Shown here: piece after piece, positions 53,905 to 63,877 of the stretch | Numbering within the stretch: position 1 is the first letter of the stretch | Layout of the letters: every line of letters starts with the position of its first letter | DNA from: a virus | Taxonomy: Duplodnaviria > Caudoviricetes | Virus record (IMG/VR): IMGVR_UViG_3300025840_004398 | Length of the DNA stretch: 64,000 nucleotides | Direction: 5' to 3' (one strand) | The notes under the pieces: generated by a model | Database searches by the model: none | What the model saw: only the letters and a program-made list of their open reading frames with translations | What the model was told of the DNA's origin: nothing | Translations under genes and position numbers: made by a program

Positions 53905-55515
53905 ATGGCAAATTTTGATTTATCTAAACTTATGGAAGGAAAGAACCCACAACAAGTAATGTTGTCTGAGACAAGAGAACTTAGAGGTAAATGGGAACAA
54001 ACTGGACTTCTAGAAGGTTTAAACGAGAGAGAACAGTCTCAAATTTCTGTTCTACTTGAAAACCAAGCAAAACAATTGCTTGATGAGTCAACAGCTACTG
54101 GTACTTCTGCAGGTTCAGAAGAGTGGTCAGGTGTTGCACTTCCTTTAGTAAGAAGAATCTTCGGTGAAATTGCATCGAAAGAATTCGTTTCGGTACAACC
54201 GATGAACTTACCTTCAGGACTTATATTTTATTTAGATTTCAAATACGGAACTGCAACAGGTGGTAAATCTACTGGTGCTGCTGGTTCTTTATTTGGTGGT
54301 ACTGGTGGAGCTACTCCAGCAGCTGGATTCGGTCAAACTCAAGCGGCTGAAAACGGTCTTTATGGTGACGGTGCTTACGGATACACAGTAAACGAAACAT
54401 CTGTAACTGGCAAATCAACTGTATCATGGGGTTCTGCTTCATTGGCTGATGTATCTTATGATTCTTCACTTTCTGCTTCAATTGCAGCTGGTGAAATAGC
54501 AAAAGTTACTATCGCACTTTCTGACTTAACTGGAAACGAAGATAGAGATGCAGTACGTTCATTTAGAATTGCTGATTCAGATATTTCTGATTACTATCCA
54601 GCACATACTTCAGAAGATGGAACAAACATTACTTTCATCGTTAAAGCTGATGGTGCTGCTGACCCAGGTACAATAGATACTATCTATTATTCACTACAAC
54701 CAACTGATATCACAAGAGGTGATTTTGAAGATGCTTCTCCATCTGAACCAGCAACTGATATCGGAATTCCAGAAGTTGACCTTGAATTGAAGTCTGAAGC
54801 AATTGTTGCTAAGACAAGAAAATTAAAGGCAGTATGGACTCCTGAACTTGCTCAAGACCTTAACGCTTACCACTCAATTGATGCAGAAGCTGAATTGACT
54901 TCAATGTTATCAGAGTACATCTCATTAGAGATTGACCTTGAAATCCTTGATATGTTAAAAGCTAACGCTCTTACAACTGAGTACTGGTCAGTAACTTTAG
55001 GTGAAGAGTATGATTCAATCGCAGGAACTTGGTCTAACTCAAGTTCAGCAGCTGCTTACACTAAGAACTCTTGGTTCCAAACTCTTGGTGCGAAACTTAA
55101 CAAAGTTTCTAACAAGATTCACCAATTGACTCTTAGAGGTGGTGCTAACTTCGTAGTTGCATCTCCTGATGTATGTACTATCTTAGAATCAATCCCAGGA
55201 TTTACAGTTTCTGCTGATAAAGATGCTTCATCTTTCGCAGCTGGTGTAACTACTGTTGGTTCTATTGCAAACAGATACACAGTTTACAAAAACCCTTACA
55301 TGACTTCAAACGAAATCTTGTTAGGATTTAAAGGAAGCAACTTCCTTGAAACTGGAGCTGTATATGCACCATATGTACCACTTATCATGACACCTTTAGT
55401 GTACGACCCAACTAACTTCACTCCAAGAAGAGGAGTTATGACTCGTTACGCTAAGAAAATGGTAAGACCAGAATTCTATGGTAAAATCTATGTTAAAGAT
55501 TTAGCTAACCTATAA
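53905..55515 (+). CDS. Major capsid protein (T4 gp23-like)
   Basis: KWEQTGLLEGL, LPLVRR, VSVQPMNLPSGLIF, AKTRKLKAVWTPELAQDLNAYHSIDAEAEL, GAVYAPYVPL, RYAKKM. Confidence 0.97.
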   Translation: MANFDLSKLMEGKNPQQVMLSETRELRGKWEQTGLLEGLNEREQSQISVLLENQAKQLLDESTATGTSAGSEEWSGVALPLVRRIFGEIASKEFVSVQPMNLPSGLIFYLDFKYGTATGGKSTGAAGSLFGGTGGATPAAGFGQTQAAENGLYGDGAYGYTVNETSVTGKSTVSWGSASLADVSYDSSLSASIAAGEIAKVTIALSDLTGNEDRDAVRSFRIADSDISDYYPAHTSEDGTNITFIVKADGAADPGTIDTIYYSLQPTDITRGDFEDASPSEPATDIGIPEVDLELKSEAIVAKTRKLKAVWTPELAQDLNAYHSIDAEAELTSMLSEYISLEIDLEILDMLKANALTTEYWSVTLGEEYDSIAGTWSNSSSAAAYTKNSWFQTLGAKLNKVSNKIHQLTLRGGANFVVASPDVCTILESIPGFTVSADKDASSFAAGVTTVGSIANRYTVYKNPYMTSNEILLGFKGSNFLETGAVYAPYVPLIMTPLVYDPTNFTPRRGVMTRYAKKMVRPEFYGKIYVKDLANL

Positions 55516-55537
55516 TCTTTAGTTTATCATAATTCTT

Positions 55538-55565
55538 AAAAAGGGGACTTCGGTCCCCTTTTTTT
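55538..55565 (+). terminator. Rho-independent terminator after the capsid gene (potentially bidirectional)
   Basis: AAAAA-GGGGAC-TTCG-GTCCCC-TTTTTTT, with a C(UUCG)G tetraloop. Confidence 0.92.
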
Positions 55566-55596
55566 ATTCTACACACTCTCCTTTTTAACTAACTTA

Positions 55597-55604
55597 TATT
55601 TATA
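55597..55604 (+). promoter_or_regulatory. TATTTATA putative late-promoter motif
   Basis: Exact motif just after the terminator, followed by SD AAGGAG and ATG 55639. Confidence 0.6.
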
Positions 55605-55638
55605 GTAGTATAATTGTATAAGTAAAGGAGAGAAATTT

Positions 55639-56790
55639 ATGTCTCAAGCAAGAATTTGGACAGGTTCAACAACATTCACTTCAGGTTCATCAACCCCATT
55701 TGGAATATATGATAGTGATTCATCTTTTCAATCAGACGCACCTAAAGTTGCTTCTTGGTGTGCTAAAAGATTGGGTTACCCAATTATTGATATAGAACTA
55801 CAAGGAGATAATTTCTTTGCTGTATTTGAAGAAGCAGTTTCAGAGTATTCTGCACAAGTAAATCAATTTAATATACGAAACAACCTTGGTTCTCTTGAAG
55901 GAAAACCAACAGGTACAAATTATACTCACCAATCAGTAAATGGTTCTGAATTAAACAATGTAATCACAATCAACGAAGGGTATGGTACTCTTGCAAACGT
56001 TGGTGGTAGAACTGATATTAAAAAAGGATATGTTACCGTAGGAACTGGTTCTCAAGAATATGATTTACAAACTCTTTGGGCAGATGTAAGTGAAAGTGGT
56101 GAAAGAATTGATGTAACCAAAGTATATTACGAAGCAACTCCTGCAATCAATAGATTCTTCGACCCTTATTCAGTAAGTGGACAAGGAACACTTAACTTAA
56201 TTGATGAGTTTGGGTTTGGTTCATTCTCACCAGCAGCACAATTTATATTGATGCCAATTTACGAGGATGCTTTAAGAATTCAACAGATAGAATTTAATGA
56301 CCAATTCAGAAAATCTGCACATACTTTTAATATTGTAAATAATAAAATACAAATTTTTCCAAAACCAACAAAATCATATAACTTATGGTTTGAATACATG
56401 GTTAAAAAAGATTTTAGAGAAAATTCTACTGTTGTATTGGATGGAGTAGTATCAGATTACTCAAACATTGGATATAACTTCGCTGAATACACTAATATCA
56501 ACGATGTTGGTAAACAATGGATTAGAAAATATACACTTGCACTTGCAAAAGAGATGTTAGGTGCAATTAGAGAAAAGTACAATACAGTACCAATTCCTGG
56601 TTCAGAAGTTTCTTTAGATGGTGCAGCTTTAAGAGCAGAAGCACAAACAGAAAAAGATTCTTTAATAGAACAATTGAGAGAAAACCTCAATGAAGTAAGT
56701 AAAAAACAAAGAATGGAGAACGAAGCTGCAATGGTTGACCAACAACAACAAATCATTCAGAAAGTTCCTCTAAACATTTATATAGGATAA
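55639..56790 (+). CDS. Neck/head-tail adaptor protein (T4 gp13-like)
   Basis: KRLGYPIIDIEL...; WIRKYTLALAKEMLG..REKY..VPIPGSEVSLDG..LRAEA. Position directly after the capsid gene. Confidence 0.8.
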   Translation: MSQARIWTGSTTFTSGSSTPFGIYDSDSSFQSDAPKVASWCAKRLGYPIIDIELQGDNFFAVFEEAVSEYSAQVNQFNIRNNLGSLEGKPTGTNYTHQSVNGSELNNVITINEGYGTLANVGGRTDIKKGYVTVGTGSQEYDLQTLWADVSESGERIDVTKVYYEATPAINRFFDPYSVSGQGTLNLIDEFGFGSFSPAAQFILMPIYEDALRIQQIEFNDQFRKSAHTFNIVNNKIQIFPKPTKSYNLWFEYMVKKDFRENSTVVLDGVVSDYSNIGYNFAEYTNINDVGKQWIRKYTLALAKEMLGAIREKYNTVPIPGSEVSLDGAALRAEAQTEKDSLIEQLRENLNEVSKKQRMENEAAMVDQQQQIIQKVPLNIYIG

Positions 56791-56794
56791 AACG

Positions 56795-57355
56795 ATGCCG
56801 AAGTTTTTCAACGCAAAAGATTTGGATTTCATCAAAACTATCTCCGAAGAGATAGTGGATTATGTGGTAGAACAAGCAGTTGTTCTATTCAAGGTATCTG
56901 TTGGTGAAACTAAAACCAATTTATATGGTGAATCGTTGGGAAAAGTTTGGAGAGCCCCTTCTACTTTAATGTGTATTGTGGATAGAGAACCACAAAACAT
57001 TGTTTATGAAGGATTTGGAGCAGATAAAACTCAGACAGTAGAATTTAGGTTCAATATTCAGAGATTGAGAGATACATCTTATTCAGTACCAAAAGTTAGA
57101 GATATAAATGGAACTTTAATACCAACCGAAGCAATCCAAAACACCACAGTTGGTTATCCGGAGATTGGTGATGTTATATTATTTGATGAATCATATTACG
57201 AAGTAGGACATATAACCGCTAACGCATTAGTTGGTGGACAACCTGAGATATACGACCAAGAAAACTCTACATTTGAAGATGCAAGAGCAACTTTAATTTG
57301 TCAAGCAGTTATGGTTAGAAAATCTCAAGTACAAATAGAGGATAGGATTTACTAA
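56795..57355 (+). CDS. Head-closure/neck protein (T4 gp14-like)
   Basis: NLYGES, PEIGDVILF..SYYEV; follows the gp13-like gene. Confidence 0.6.
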   Translation: MPKFFNAKDLDFIKTISEEIVDYVVEQAVVLFKVSVGETKTNLYGESLGKVWRAPSTLMCIVDREPQNIVYEGFGADKTQTVEFRFNIQRLRDTSYSVPKVRDINGTLIPTEAIQNTTVGYPEIGDVILFDESYYEVGHITANALVGGQPEIYDQENSTFEDARATLICQAVMVRKSQVQIEDRIY

Positions 57356-58479
57356 TGGCAGTTGACCCGTTAAGAAAAGTACCCATCAATCGTGGGGAAG
57401 AAATTAAGAGAGAACCTATTGAAATAGGGAAGGGTGTAAAACTCTATGATGTTGATTTAGCAATAGCTGAACACATGATAGATACTGTTGTGCCTACTGT
57501 TGAGGTATTTAGAGAAAAGGTAAAGATACCTGTACTATATGGTAACCCAGAAAGATGGACTTCGGTACAAAAAGAAGGATATCTACGAGATAAGAAAGGT
57601 CAGTTACAGATTCCTTTGATTATGTTTAAAAGAAACTCGATTGCAAGAGATGATTCCTTTGCAAATACAATGAATCGTCATGTTTCTTATTCTAGTGTTT
57701 CTAAATTCTCAAAAAAACATAAATACGATAGATTTTCTCAAATGACTGGTACTCAAAGACCTGTTGAGATTTATGATGTAGTAATGCCCGACTATGTATC
57801 AATTACTTATGAGGTAATGATATGGACCGATTTTACAGAACACATGAATCAGATAGTAGAAGCATTTCAATATGCAACAGATGAGTATTGGGGAGATAAA
57901 AGTGGATTCAAATTTAGAACTCGTATAGATTCTTTCGATAATACTACCGAAGTTGGTGAAGGAACTCAAAGAATTGTTAGAACTTCATTCACAATGGTTG
58001 TAAATGCATACCTTCTACCAGAACAATTTGATAATCGTTCAACTCACAAAAAATCGCTTTCACCAAAGAAAGTTGTTTGGGGTATTGAAACAGATTTAAC
58101 TGGTCTTGGGGGTTCTTCTACAAATAGTATTTCAAAACAAAAAATGTATAATGAATATTCTGATATAATTGATTTTATGTCTATTCGTGGGTCTAAAGAA
58201 GCAACATTCATAGATGCAGACACAGTAAAATTAGAAAATGTAGAGTTACCAAAGTTACCACCGGAATTAAATGGTGTATTTGATACTAACGATTGGTTTA
58301 GAGTTTATATAAATGGAGTATATATTCCACCTACAAAATATACATACAATGGTTCTTATGTAGATAATGAAATTGTATTTAATTTTTCAACAGGTTCATC
58401 AGCAACCACAACCGATTTAGGTTATATACTTGAATCAACAGATGAGTTTGGTGTAACTGGTAAATTTATAGAATTATAA
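57355..58479 (+). CDS. Tail completion/terminator-like protein (T4 gp15-like) with C-terminal extension
   Basis: KIPVLYGNPERW, IPLIMFKR, MPDYVSITYEV, MNQIVEAF; neck-module synteny. Confidence 0.55.
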   Translation: MAVDPLRKVPINRGEEIKREPIEIGKGVKLYDVDLAIAEHMIDTVVPTVEVFREKVKIPVLYGNPERWTSVQKEGYLRDKKGQLQIPLIMFKRNSIARDDSFANTMNRHVSYSSVSKFSKKHKYDRFSQMTGTQRPVEIYDVVMPDYVSITYEVMIWTDFTEHMNQIVEAFQYATDEYWGDKSGFKFRTRIDSFDNTTEVGEGTQRIVRTSFTMVVNAYLLPEQFDNRSTHKKSLSPKKVVWGIETDLTGLGGSSTNSISKQKMYNEYSDIIDFMSIRGSKEATFIDADTVKLENVELPKLPPELNGVFDTNDWFRVYINGVYIPPTKYTYNGSYVDNEIVFNFSTGSSATTTDLGYILESTDEFGVTGKFIEL

Positions 58480-58814
58480 TGGCTATTAAAGATTTAAAAA
58501 AAATATTAGAACAAGTACATGAACCAAATGAATATCGTTTAGTTCCACATGATATGAATCATCCATTATATTGGATATGGAAACTCGAAAATGGTAAGAT
58601 GAAGGATTTGGATTCTTTTTTAATACCTTTTCGTAAGGAACACGCACGTTTTGATATATTTATAAATGGTCAGTATATTTTAGAAAGAGATTATATAACC
58701 GAACAAGTTGGTAAGGATTTTCATATTAAATTCATAAAAGCTAACTTTTTTGGAGCATATGATTTGGAAACTAGTGATGATATAAAGTTAGAAGGAGATA
58801 TAAATTTAGTATGA
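58479..58814 (+). CDS. Hypothetical virion protein
   Basis: Coupled ORF; FDIFINGQY resembles the VYINGVY segment of the preceding gene. Confidence 0.55.
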   Translation: MAIKDLKKILEQVHEPNEYRLVPHDMNHPLYWIWKLENGKMKDLDSFLIPFRKEHARFDIFINGQYILERDYITEQVGKDFHIKFIKANFFGAYDLETSDDIKLEGDINLV

Positions 58815-59176
58815 CAAAAGTTAAACCAAATATTGTAACTCCTTTTGATGATAAACAAAGATTTAAGAATTTGGTTCTTGAAGTAATAAGTGATACATCT
58901 ATTTTTACTCATATACCAGATTCAATTAGTTTGAGTGGTACTTTGTTTAGTTTAACTCTTTCTAATAAAAAGTTTGTGTATGAAGATATAAAAGTCGATA
59001 TTAATTCGGATTATGTAGATGTTTATTTACAAGGTATAAAAAAACCATCAGATACATACTCGGTTACGGATAATGGAACAGATATAATAATTAATTTTAC
59101 TGAAAATATCACATTAAGACCACAAGATATTGTGGTTACTGATTTTTCGGTTAAAGGTAAAATAGTGAGTAGATAA
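58811..59176 (+). CDS. Hypothetical virion protein
   Basis: Coupled ORF; VDVYLQG beta motif similar to its neighbours. Confidence 0.55.
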   Translation: MTKVKPNIVTPFDDKQRFKNLVLEVISDTSIFTHIPDSISLSGTLFSLTLSNKKFVYEDIKVDINSDYVDVYLQGIKKPSDTYSVTDNGTDIIINFTENITLRPQDIVVTDFSVKGKIVSR

Positions 59177-59178
59177 GA

Positions 59179-62100
59179 ATGGCAACATTAATTCAAAGTA
59201 AACAGATAGAGGGTATTGTAACCGCCTCGGTAATCGAAGGACAACTTTCGGTTTCTGGTTCCATTATTGCAACAGGTTCACAATCCGTATTTTCACAAAT
59301 AACAGCATCTGCTATCTCATCATCGGGTCCTATTTATGGAGTTCGTTATGATGATATAGATGGTACTCCCAACTTCATAGCAGGTACTGGTATTGTTATT
59401 ACCCAAGTTGGTGATAATATTACAATTACAAATACTGGTGGTGGAGGTGGTGGTGTATCCGGTTCCGCAGAATTAATATCTTCAGTTGCTCAACTAAACG
59501 CTTATACTGGTTCTAATGATATCATTATCTTAGGATTAAATCAATTTACTGCATCAATACAATCACAAGTTGATTCTTTAATCGCATCAACATCTTCATA
59601 CGAAACAACTGGTAGGGGAATCATATCAGGCTCATCACAATTAACATCATCTTTAGATTCAAGATATGCATTAAGTGGTAGTATTGGTGGTGGTTCTACT
59701 GATATTTCTTCCTTAAATACATTTACGAGTTCAATACAAACTCAAGTAGATGGATTATCGGCAGCAACTTCATCTTATATTACTGAAATACCACAAGGAA
59801 CAATTAGTGGTTCACAACAAATTTCTGATTTAGGATTTGTAACAAGTTCATCAACTTCTGTACCAGCAGGAACAATTAGTGGTTCTGCTCAAATTACTGC
59901 ATTAGGATTTACATCAGGTTCTCATACTGATATTCCAAGTGGAGTAATTAGTGGTTCAACGTTTACTGATTTTAGTTCTTCAGTTGCAACTGATATTTCT
60001 AATTTAGAATCTACTTTAACTACGAGAGTTGATGGAGTTGAACAGGTTGTTGTAAGTAGATTAGATAATATTGAAACGTTTACATCTTCTATTGATACAA
60101 GAGTAACTGCATTAGAAGGAGCAACTGATTTAACAGGTTCAGATACTCAAACACTTTCGATTAGCGGTGACCAACTTACAATATCAAGTGGAAATACTAT
60201 AACCATACCAACGGGTAGTAGTTCATCTATACCAGCAGGAACAATTAGTGGTTCTACTCAAATTACTAATATAATCACAGATTCTTATATTTCTGAATCA
60301 GCAGCTAGAAGTGGTTTCGGTTCAGGTGGTGGGGGTTCTACTGATATTACATTATTAAACTCATTTACTTCCTCTTATTATATAGATTCTGCTTCGTTTG
60401 ATTCAAGAATTGGTGATATTATAGAAACCGGTTCTGTTATTGCTCCTTTTGCATTTGCTAGAGTAGCTACAACTTCTAATGGTTCAGGTACAGATATTAG
60501 TTGGGCAAATTGGAACTTCTTAAATGGAACACTTGATTTTACATTTTCAACCCCTCAACCTGATACTAACTATATTGTTGTAACTGATGCTGAACTTAAT
60601 GATGATGGTCGTTTAGTTTCAATTCAAAATAAAACAGTTAATGGATTTGAGGCTTCATTCTACACCACTTCTGGAGTAACAACCCCATCGGGTGTAAATC
60701 CATTCACTATTATGGTTTATGGGTCAAACCCAACCCAAACAGTAAGAGTTAATGTAACTGGTGCACCTGCAGGAACAATTAGTGGTTCATCTCAAGTTGA
60801 TATTACACAAACAGATGGATATACTACTTTTAGTTCATCAATTCAATCAACTATTGATGCAATTCAACATACTCAAATTCCAAGTGGTACTGTTAGTGGT
60901 TCTACTCAAATTACTAATATAATTACAGATGAATATATTTCATCATCAGCAGCAGCAAGTGGATTTGGTAGTGGTGGTTCTACTGATATTTCTGCTCTTA
61001 ACTCATTCACAAGTTCTGCAGATACAAGAATTACTAATTTAGAAAACTTTAGTTCTTCATTAGATTCTACTTTCGCAACTGATAGTGAATTATCATCACT
61101 TTCATCTTCTATTGCAACAACAATAGATAATATTCAACATACTGATGTAACTAAATTAAATGAGTTTACTTCATCAATCCAATCTGAAGTTGATTCATTA
61201 ACTTCGGCTACTTCATCTTACTTAACTTCACTTCCAAGTGGATTAGTTAGTGGTTCAACCCAAATTACTGATGGTAGTAATATTGTTAGTGGTTCAGTAT
61301 TAAGAACTTTAGATGGAACTGGTGTAGTTAGTGGAAGTGTACTTAGAACTTTAGATGGAACAGGAGTAGTAAGTGGTTCTGTTTTAAGAACACTTGATGG
61401 TACTGGTGTAGTTAGTGGTTCGGTACTTAGAACTTTAGATGGTACAAATGTATTTAGTGGTTCAATTTTACCTGGAACAAACATTACAATAGATTCATCA
61501 AGTGGTGATTATGTAATCTCATCTACCGCAAGTGGTAGTGGTAGTGGTGATGTTTCCTTTGATGGAAATAGAGTAATATCAAATACTTTATTAGGAGATT
61601 TATATACAGATGGATTTAATGCCGGCACAAGTGGAAGTATTCAAGATTTCTTATCAGCTGTATTCTTCCCATCTTATGCACCAGTAGCTACATTTAGTAC
61701 TCAGACATCAAATTTGAATACAAACCTTGGTACTGAAAATGGAGTAATAGAAACGTTCACTTTAACTGATGAAGATAGTAATACACCATATTCAGCAACT
61801 ATAAGTGGTACAAATGCAAGTTCATTTAAGTTAGTACCACAAAATTCAAACTCATCATCGTGGGAAATACAATCAGCAACTGATTTATCTGCTGGCTCAT
61901 ACACCTACGATATAACTGTAACTGATTCTAATAATGATACAAGAACTTATAGTGGAAGAAGTGTAACAATTGCACAAGCAGAAACAGGTTCTCTTTCTAC
62001 AACAGGTACACTATACATTATAGAATCTGCAACTACTGGTCCAATTTATCTTGGAACAAATGGTAGAAGTGGAACTCAAGGTGGGGTAAGTGTTTCTTAC

Positions 62101-63846
62101 TCACCAAACTATGGTTCACAAGTTGCAACTAACTTCCAATCATCTAACCCTTTAATTTCAGTTAACTCATCAACTGGTGTATTATCAGTTGGTACTGCAA
62201 TTAGTGGTAGTGGTAATGTTAGTGGTGATTTAATAACAACTACTATTACTTATAATGACCAATATGGAAATAGTGGTTCTAAAGATATCAACATAAACGT
62301 AACTCAAAATAACGCACCTGATATCACATTTACAAATTCAAGTAGATTGAATACCAACCAAGCGGTAAGTGGTGGGGGAACATTGGTAACAATTTCTTTC
62401 AACGATACTGAAAGTGATTCAATCAACTACGATTCATTTGTATTCACAGATACAAGTGGACAATTAACTACAACTAAAAGTGGTGGTAATTATTTAGTAA
62501 CTGCAAACTCTGATTTGAGTGGTTCTACATCTTATTCAATATCAGCAACGATTGAAGATGTACATGGATTCCGTTCAAATACAGAATCACATTCATTTAC
62601 AATTACACAAGCAAGTAATGGTACTCTGACTGGTGATACTACAATGTATATTATAGAATCTGCATTAACGGGTGATTCATTCAGAGATGCAACCGGATTT
62701 GGTAATGGAAATGTAGCAGATGTAAATGTTACTTATTCACCATCAGCAGGTTCTCAAGTAGTACAATCATTCAACTCTACAAACCCTGCAATCTTAATCA
62801 ACTCAAGTGGTAATATGTCTCTTGGTGTAAATTTAAGTGGTTCATTAACTCAAAGTGGAGATACTATTTCAACTACTATTACATTCCAAGACCAATATGG
62901 AAACATTGGTAGTGGTTTAGTAACCGCAAACATCTTTGGTAATAATGCACCATCTGTATCATTCGTATCAGCATCAAGTTACGATACTGATACTGCAATA
63001 AATGGTTCAACCGCAGGTACAATTACAATTTCAGATACAGAATCAAACTCACCATATATCGTAACACTTGGTGGTACTGATGGAACTAAGTTTAACGCGG
63101 TTCCACAAAACGCAGCATCTTCATCTTGGTTAGTACAACCAACTGCAAGTATCTCAATTGCTAATACATTCTCAATTGATATAAGTGTAACAGATAATTA
63201 TGGTGAATCAACCTCACTAACCAATAAATCAATTATAGTAGATGAAGTTTCTTCTGGTGGTACAATTTATGTTTATACTTTACCAATTGATGGTTCATAC
63301 ACCAACGTAACTGGTATAACTGCAGCTGGTAGTGGAACACCCCCAACACCAAGTATCTCAAATGCTTATGGATTCTTTACTTCATTTGTAGATAACGATA
63401 CGTTAGGTGATTCAACAATTACAGTTGCTTATGGTTCTAACTTTACTGCAACTTTAAGAGGAAGTGCAAGTGGTAACAATGTAGATACTGTACTTAATGA
63501 TTTAGGAGCATTAACAATCGGTGGTTCTCCTGCATCTGAAAGAATATTTGTATTCATACCATTTGGTTCACCTATGAATGGAGTACCAACATCGTTAACA
63601 ATTTCAGACCCAGGTGGAAGTTCAACAAGTGGTGAATATGTAGTATTCGTATCACCTGATGGTACATACCAAGATTCAAGTGGTGGAGTGAGTAATGATA
63701 TTAAATCATCAAACATCCACAAATTAACTTTGGATACTGCAGTTGATGGATATACTGATTGGATAGTAATTGGTACAGAAGATAAATTTAATAATGCAAA
63801 TGCTTATGTAAGAATTGTTCCAAGTAGTGGTTCAGTTCCATCATAA
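59179..63846 (+). CDS. Large fibre-like virion protein (SGS repeats, coiled coils, cadherin/Ig-like domains)
   Basis: 1555 aa; many PxGT(I/V)SGSxQ(I/V) and LNxFTSS repeats; three cadherin-like units (APVATF, NAPDITF, NAPSVSF...I.DxE). Confidence 0.7.
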   Translation: MATLIQSKQIEGIVTASVIEGQLSVSGSIIATGSQSVFSQITASAISSSGPIYGVRYDDIDGTPNFIAGTGIVITQVGDNITITNTGGGGGGVSGSAELISSVAQLNAYTGSNDIIILGLNQFTASIQSQVDSLIASTSSYETTGRGIISGSSQLTSSLDSRYALSGSIGGGSTDISSLNTFTSSIQTQVDGLSAATSSYITEIPQGTISGSQQISDLGFVTSSSTSVPAGTISGSAQITALGFTSGSHTDIPSGVISGSTFTDFSSSVATDISNLESTLTTRVDGVEQVVVSRLDNIETFTSSIDTRVTALEGATDLTGSDTQTLSISGDQLTISSGNTITIPTGSSSSIPAGTISGSTQITNIITDSYISESAARSGFGSGGGGSTDITLLNSFTSSYYIDSASFDSRIGDIIETGSVIAPFAFARVATTSNGSGTDISWANWNFLNGTLDFTFSTPQPDTNYIVVTDAELNDDGRLVSIQNKTVNGFEASFYTTSGVTTPSGVNPFTIMVYGSNPTQTVRVNVTGAPAGTISGSSQVDITQTDGYTTFSSSIQSTIDAIQHTQIPSGTVSGSTQITNIITDEYISSSAAASGFGSGGSTDISALNSFTSSADTRITNLENFSSSLDSTFATDSELSSLSSSIATTIDNIQHTDVTKLNEFTSSIQSEVDSLTSATSSYLTSLPSGLVSGSTQITDGSNIVSGSVLRTLDGTGVVSGSVLRTLDGTGVVSGSVLRTLDGTGVVSGSVLRTLDGTNVFSGSILPGTNITIDSSSGDYVISSTASGSGSGDVSFDGNRVISNTLLGDLYTDGFNAGTSGSIQDFLSAVFFPSYAPVATFSTQTSNLNTNLGTENGVIETFTLTDEDSNTPYSATISGTNASSFKLVPQNSNSSSWEIQSATDLSAGSYTYDITVTDSNNDTRTYSGRSVTIAQAETGSLSTTGTLYIIESATTGPIYLGTNGRSGTQGGVSVSYSPNYGSQVATNFQSSNPLISVNSSTGVLSVGTAISGSGNVSGDLITTTITYNDQYGNSGSKDININVTQNNAPDITFTNSSRLNTNQAVSGGGTLVTISFNDTESDSINYDSFVFTDTSGQLTTTKSGGNYLVTANSDLSGSTSYSISATIEDVHGFRSNTESHSFTITQASNGTLTGDTTMYIIESALTGDSFRDATGFGNGNVADVNVTYSPSAGSQVVQSFNSTNPAILINSSGNMSLGVNLSGSLTQSGDTISTTITFQDQYGNIGSGLVTANIFGNNAPSVSFVSASSYDTDTAINGSTAGTITISDTESNSPYIVTLGGTDGTKFNAVPQNAASSSWLVQPTASISIANTFSIDISVTDNYGESTSLTNKSIIVDEVSSGGTIYVYTLPIDGSYTNVTGITAAGSGTPPTPSISNAYGFFTSFVDNDTLGDSTITVAYGSNFTATLRGSASGNNVDTVLNDLGALTIGGSPASERIFVFIPFGSPMNGVPTSLTISDPGGSSTSGEYVVFVSPDGTYQDSSGGVSNDIKSSNIHKLTLDTAVDGYTDWIVIGTEDKFNNANAYVRIVPSSGSVPS
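60250..60990 (+). repeat. Imperfect direct repeat (about 95 nt) flanking a small beta-domain module
   Basis: GGTTCTACTCAAATTACTAATATAAT...GGTTCTACTGATATT at about 60250-60348 and 60898-60990. Confidence 0.7.
61285..61452 (+). repeat. 4 x 42-bp tandem repeat encoding VSGSVLRTLDGT(G/N)V
   Basis: Units start at 61285, 61327, 61369 and 61411; protein nearly identical, codons synonymously diverged. Confidence 0.9.
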
Positions 63847-63851
63847 CATTA

Positions 63852-63859
63852 TATTTATA
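63852..63859 (+). promoter_or_regulatory. TATTTATA putative late-promoter motif
   Basis: Exact motif, then AAGGAG, then ATG 63878. Confidence 0.6.
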
Positions 63860-63877
63860 TAGTAAGGAGAATGTAAA

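Noticed and set aside
495-63722. The many 60-160 aa minus-strand or alternate-frame ORFs in the track (e.g. 10546..10941, 42688..43065, 44340..44816, 52797..53560)
   Set aside because: They lie within or across well-supported plus-strand genes, have no motifs, and are typical shadows of Lys/Glu-rich or Ser/Thr-rich coding sequence.
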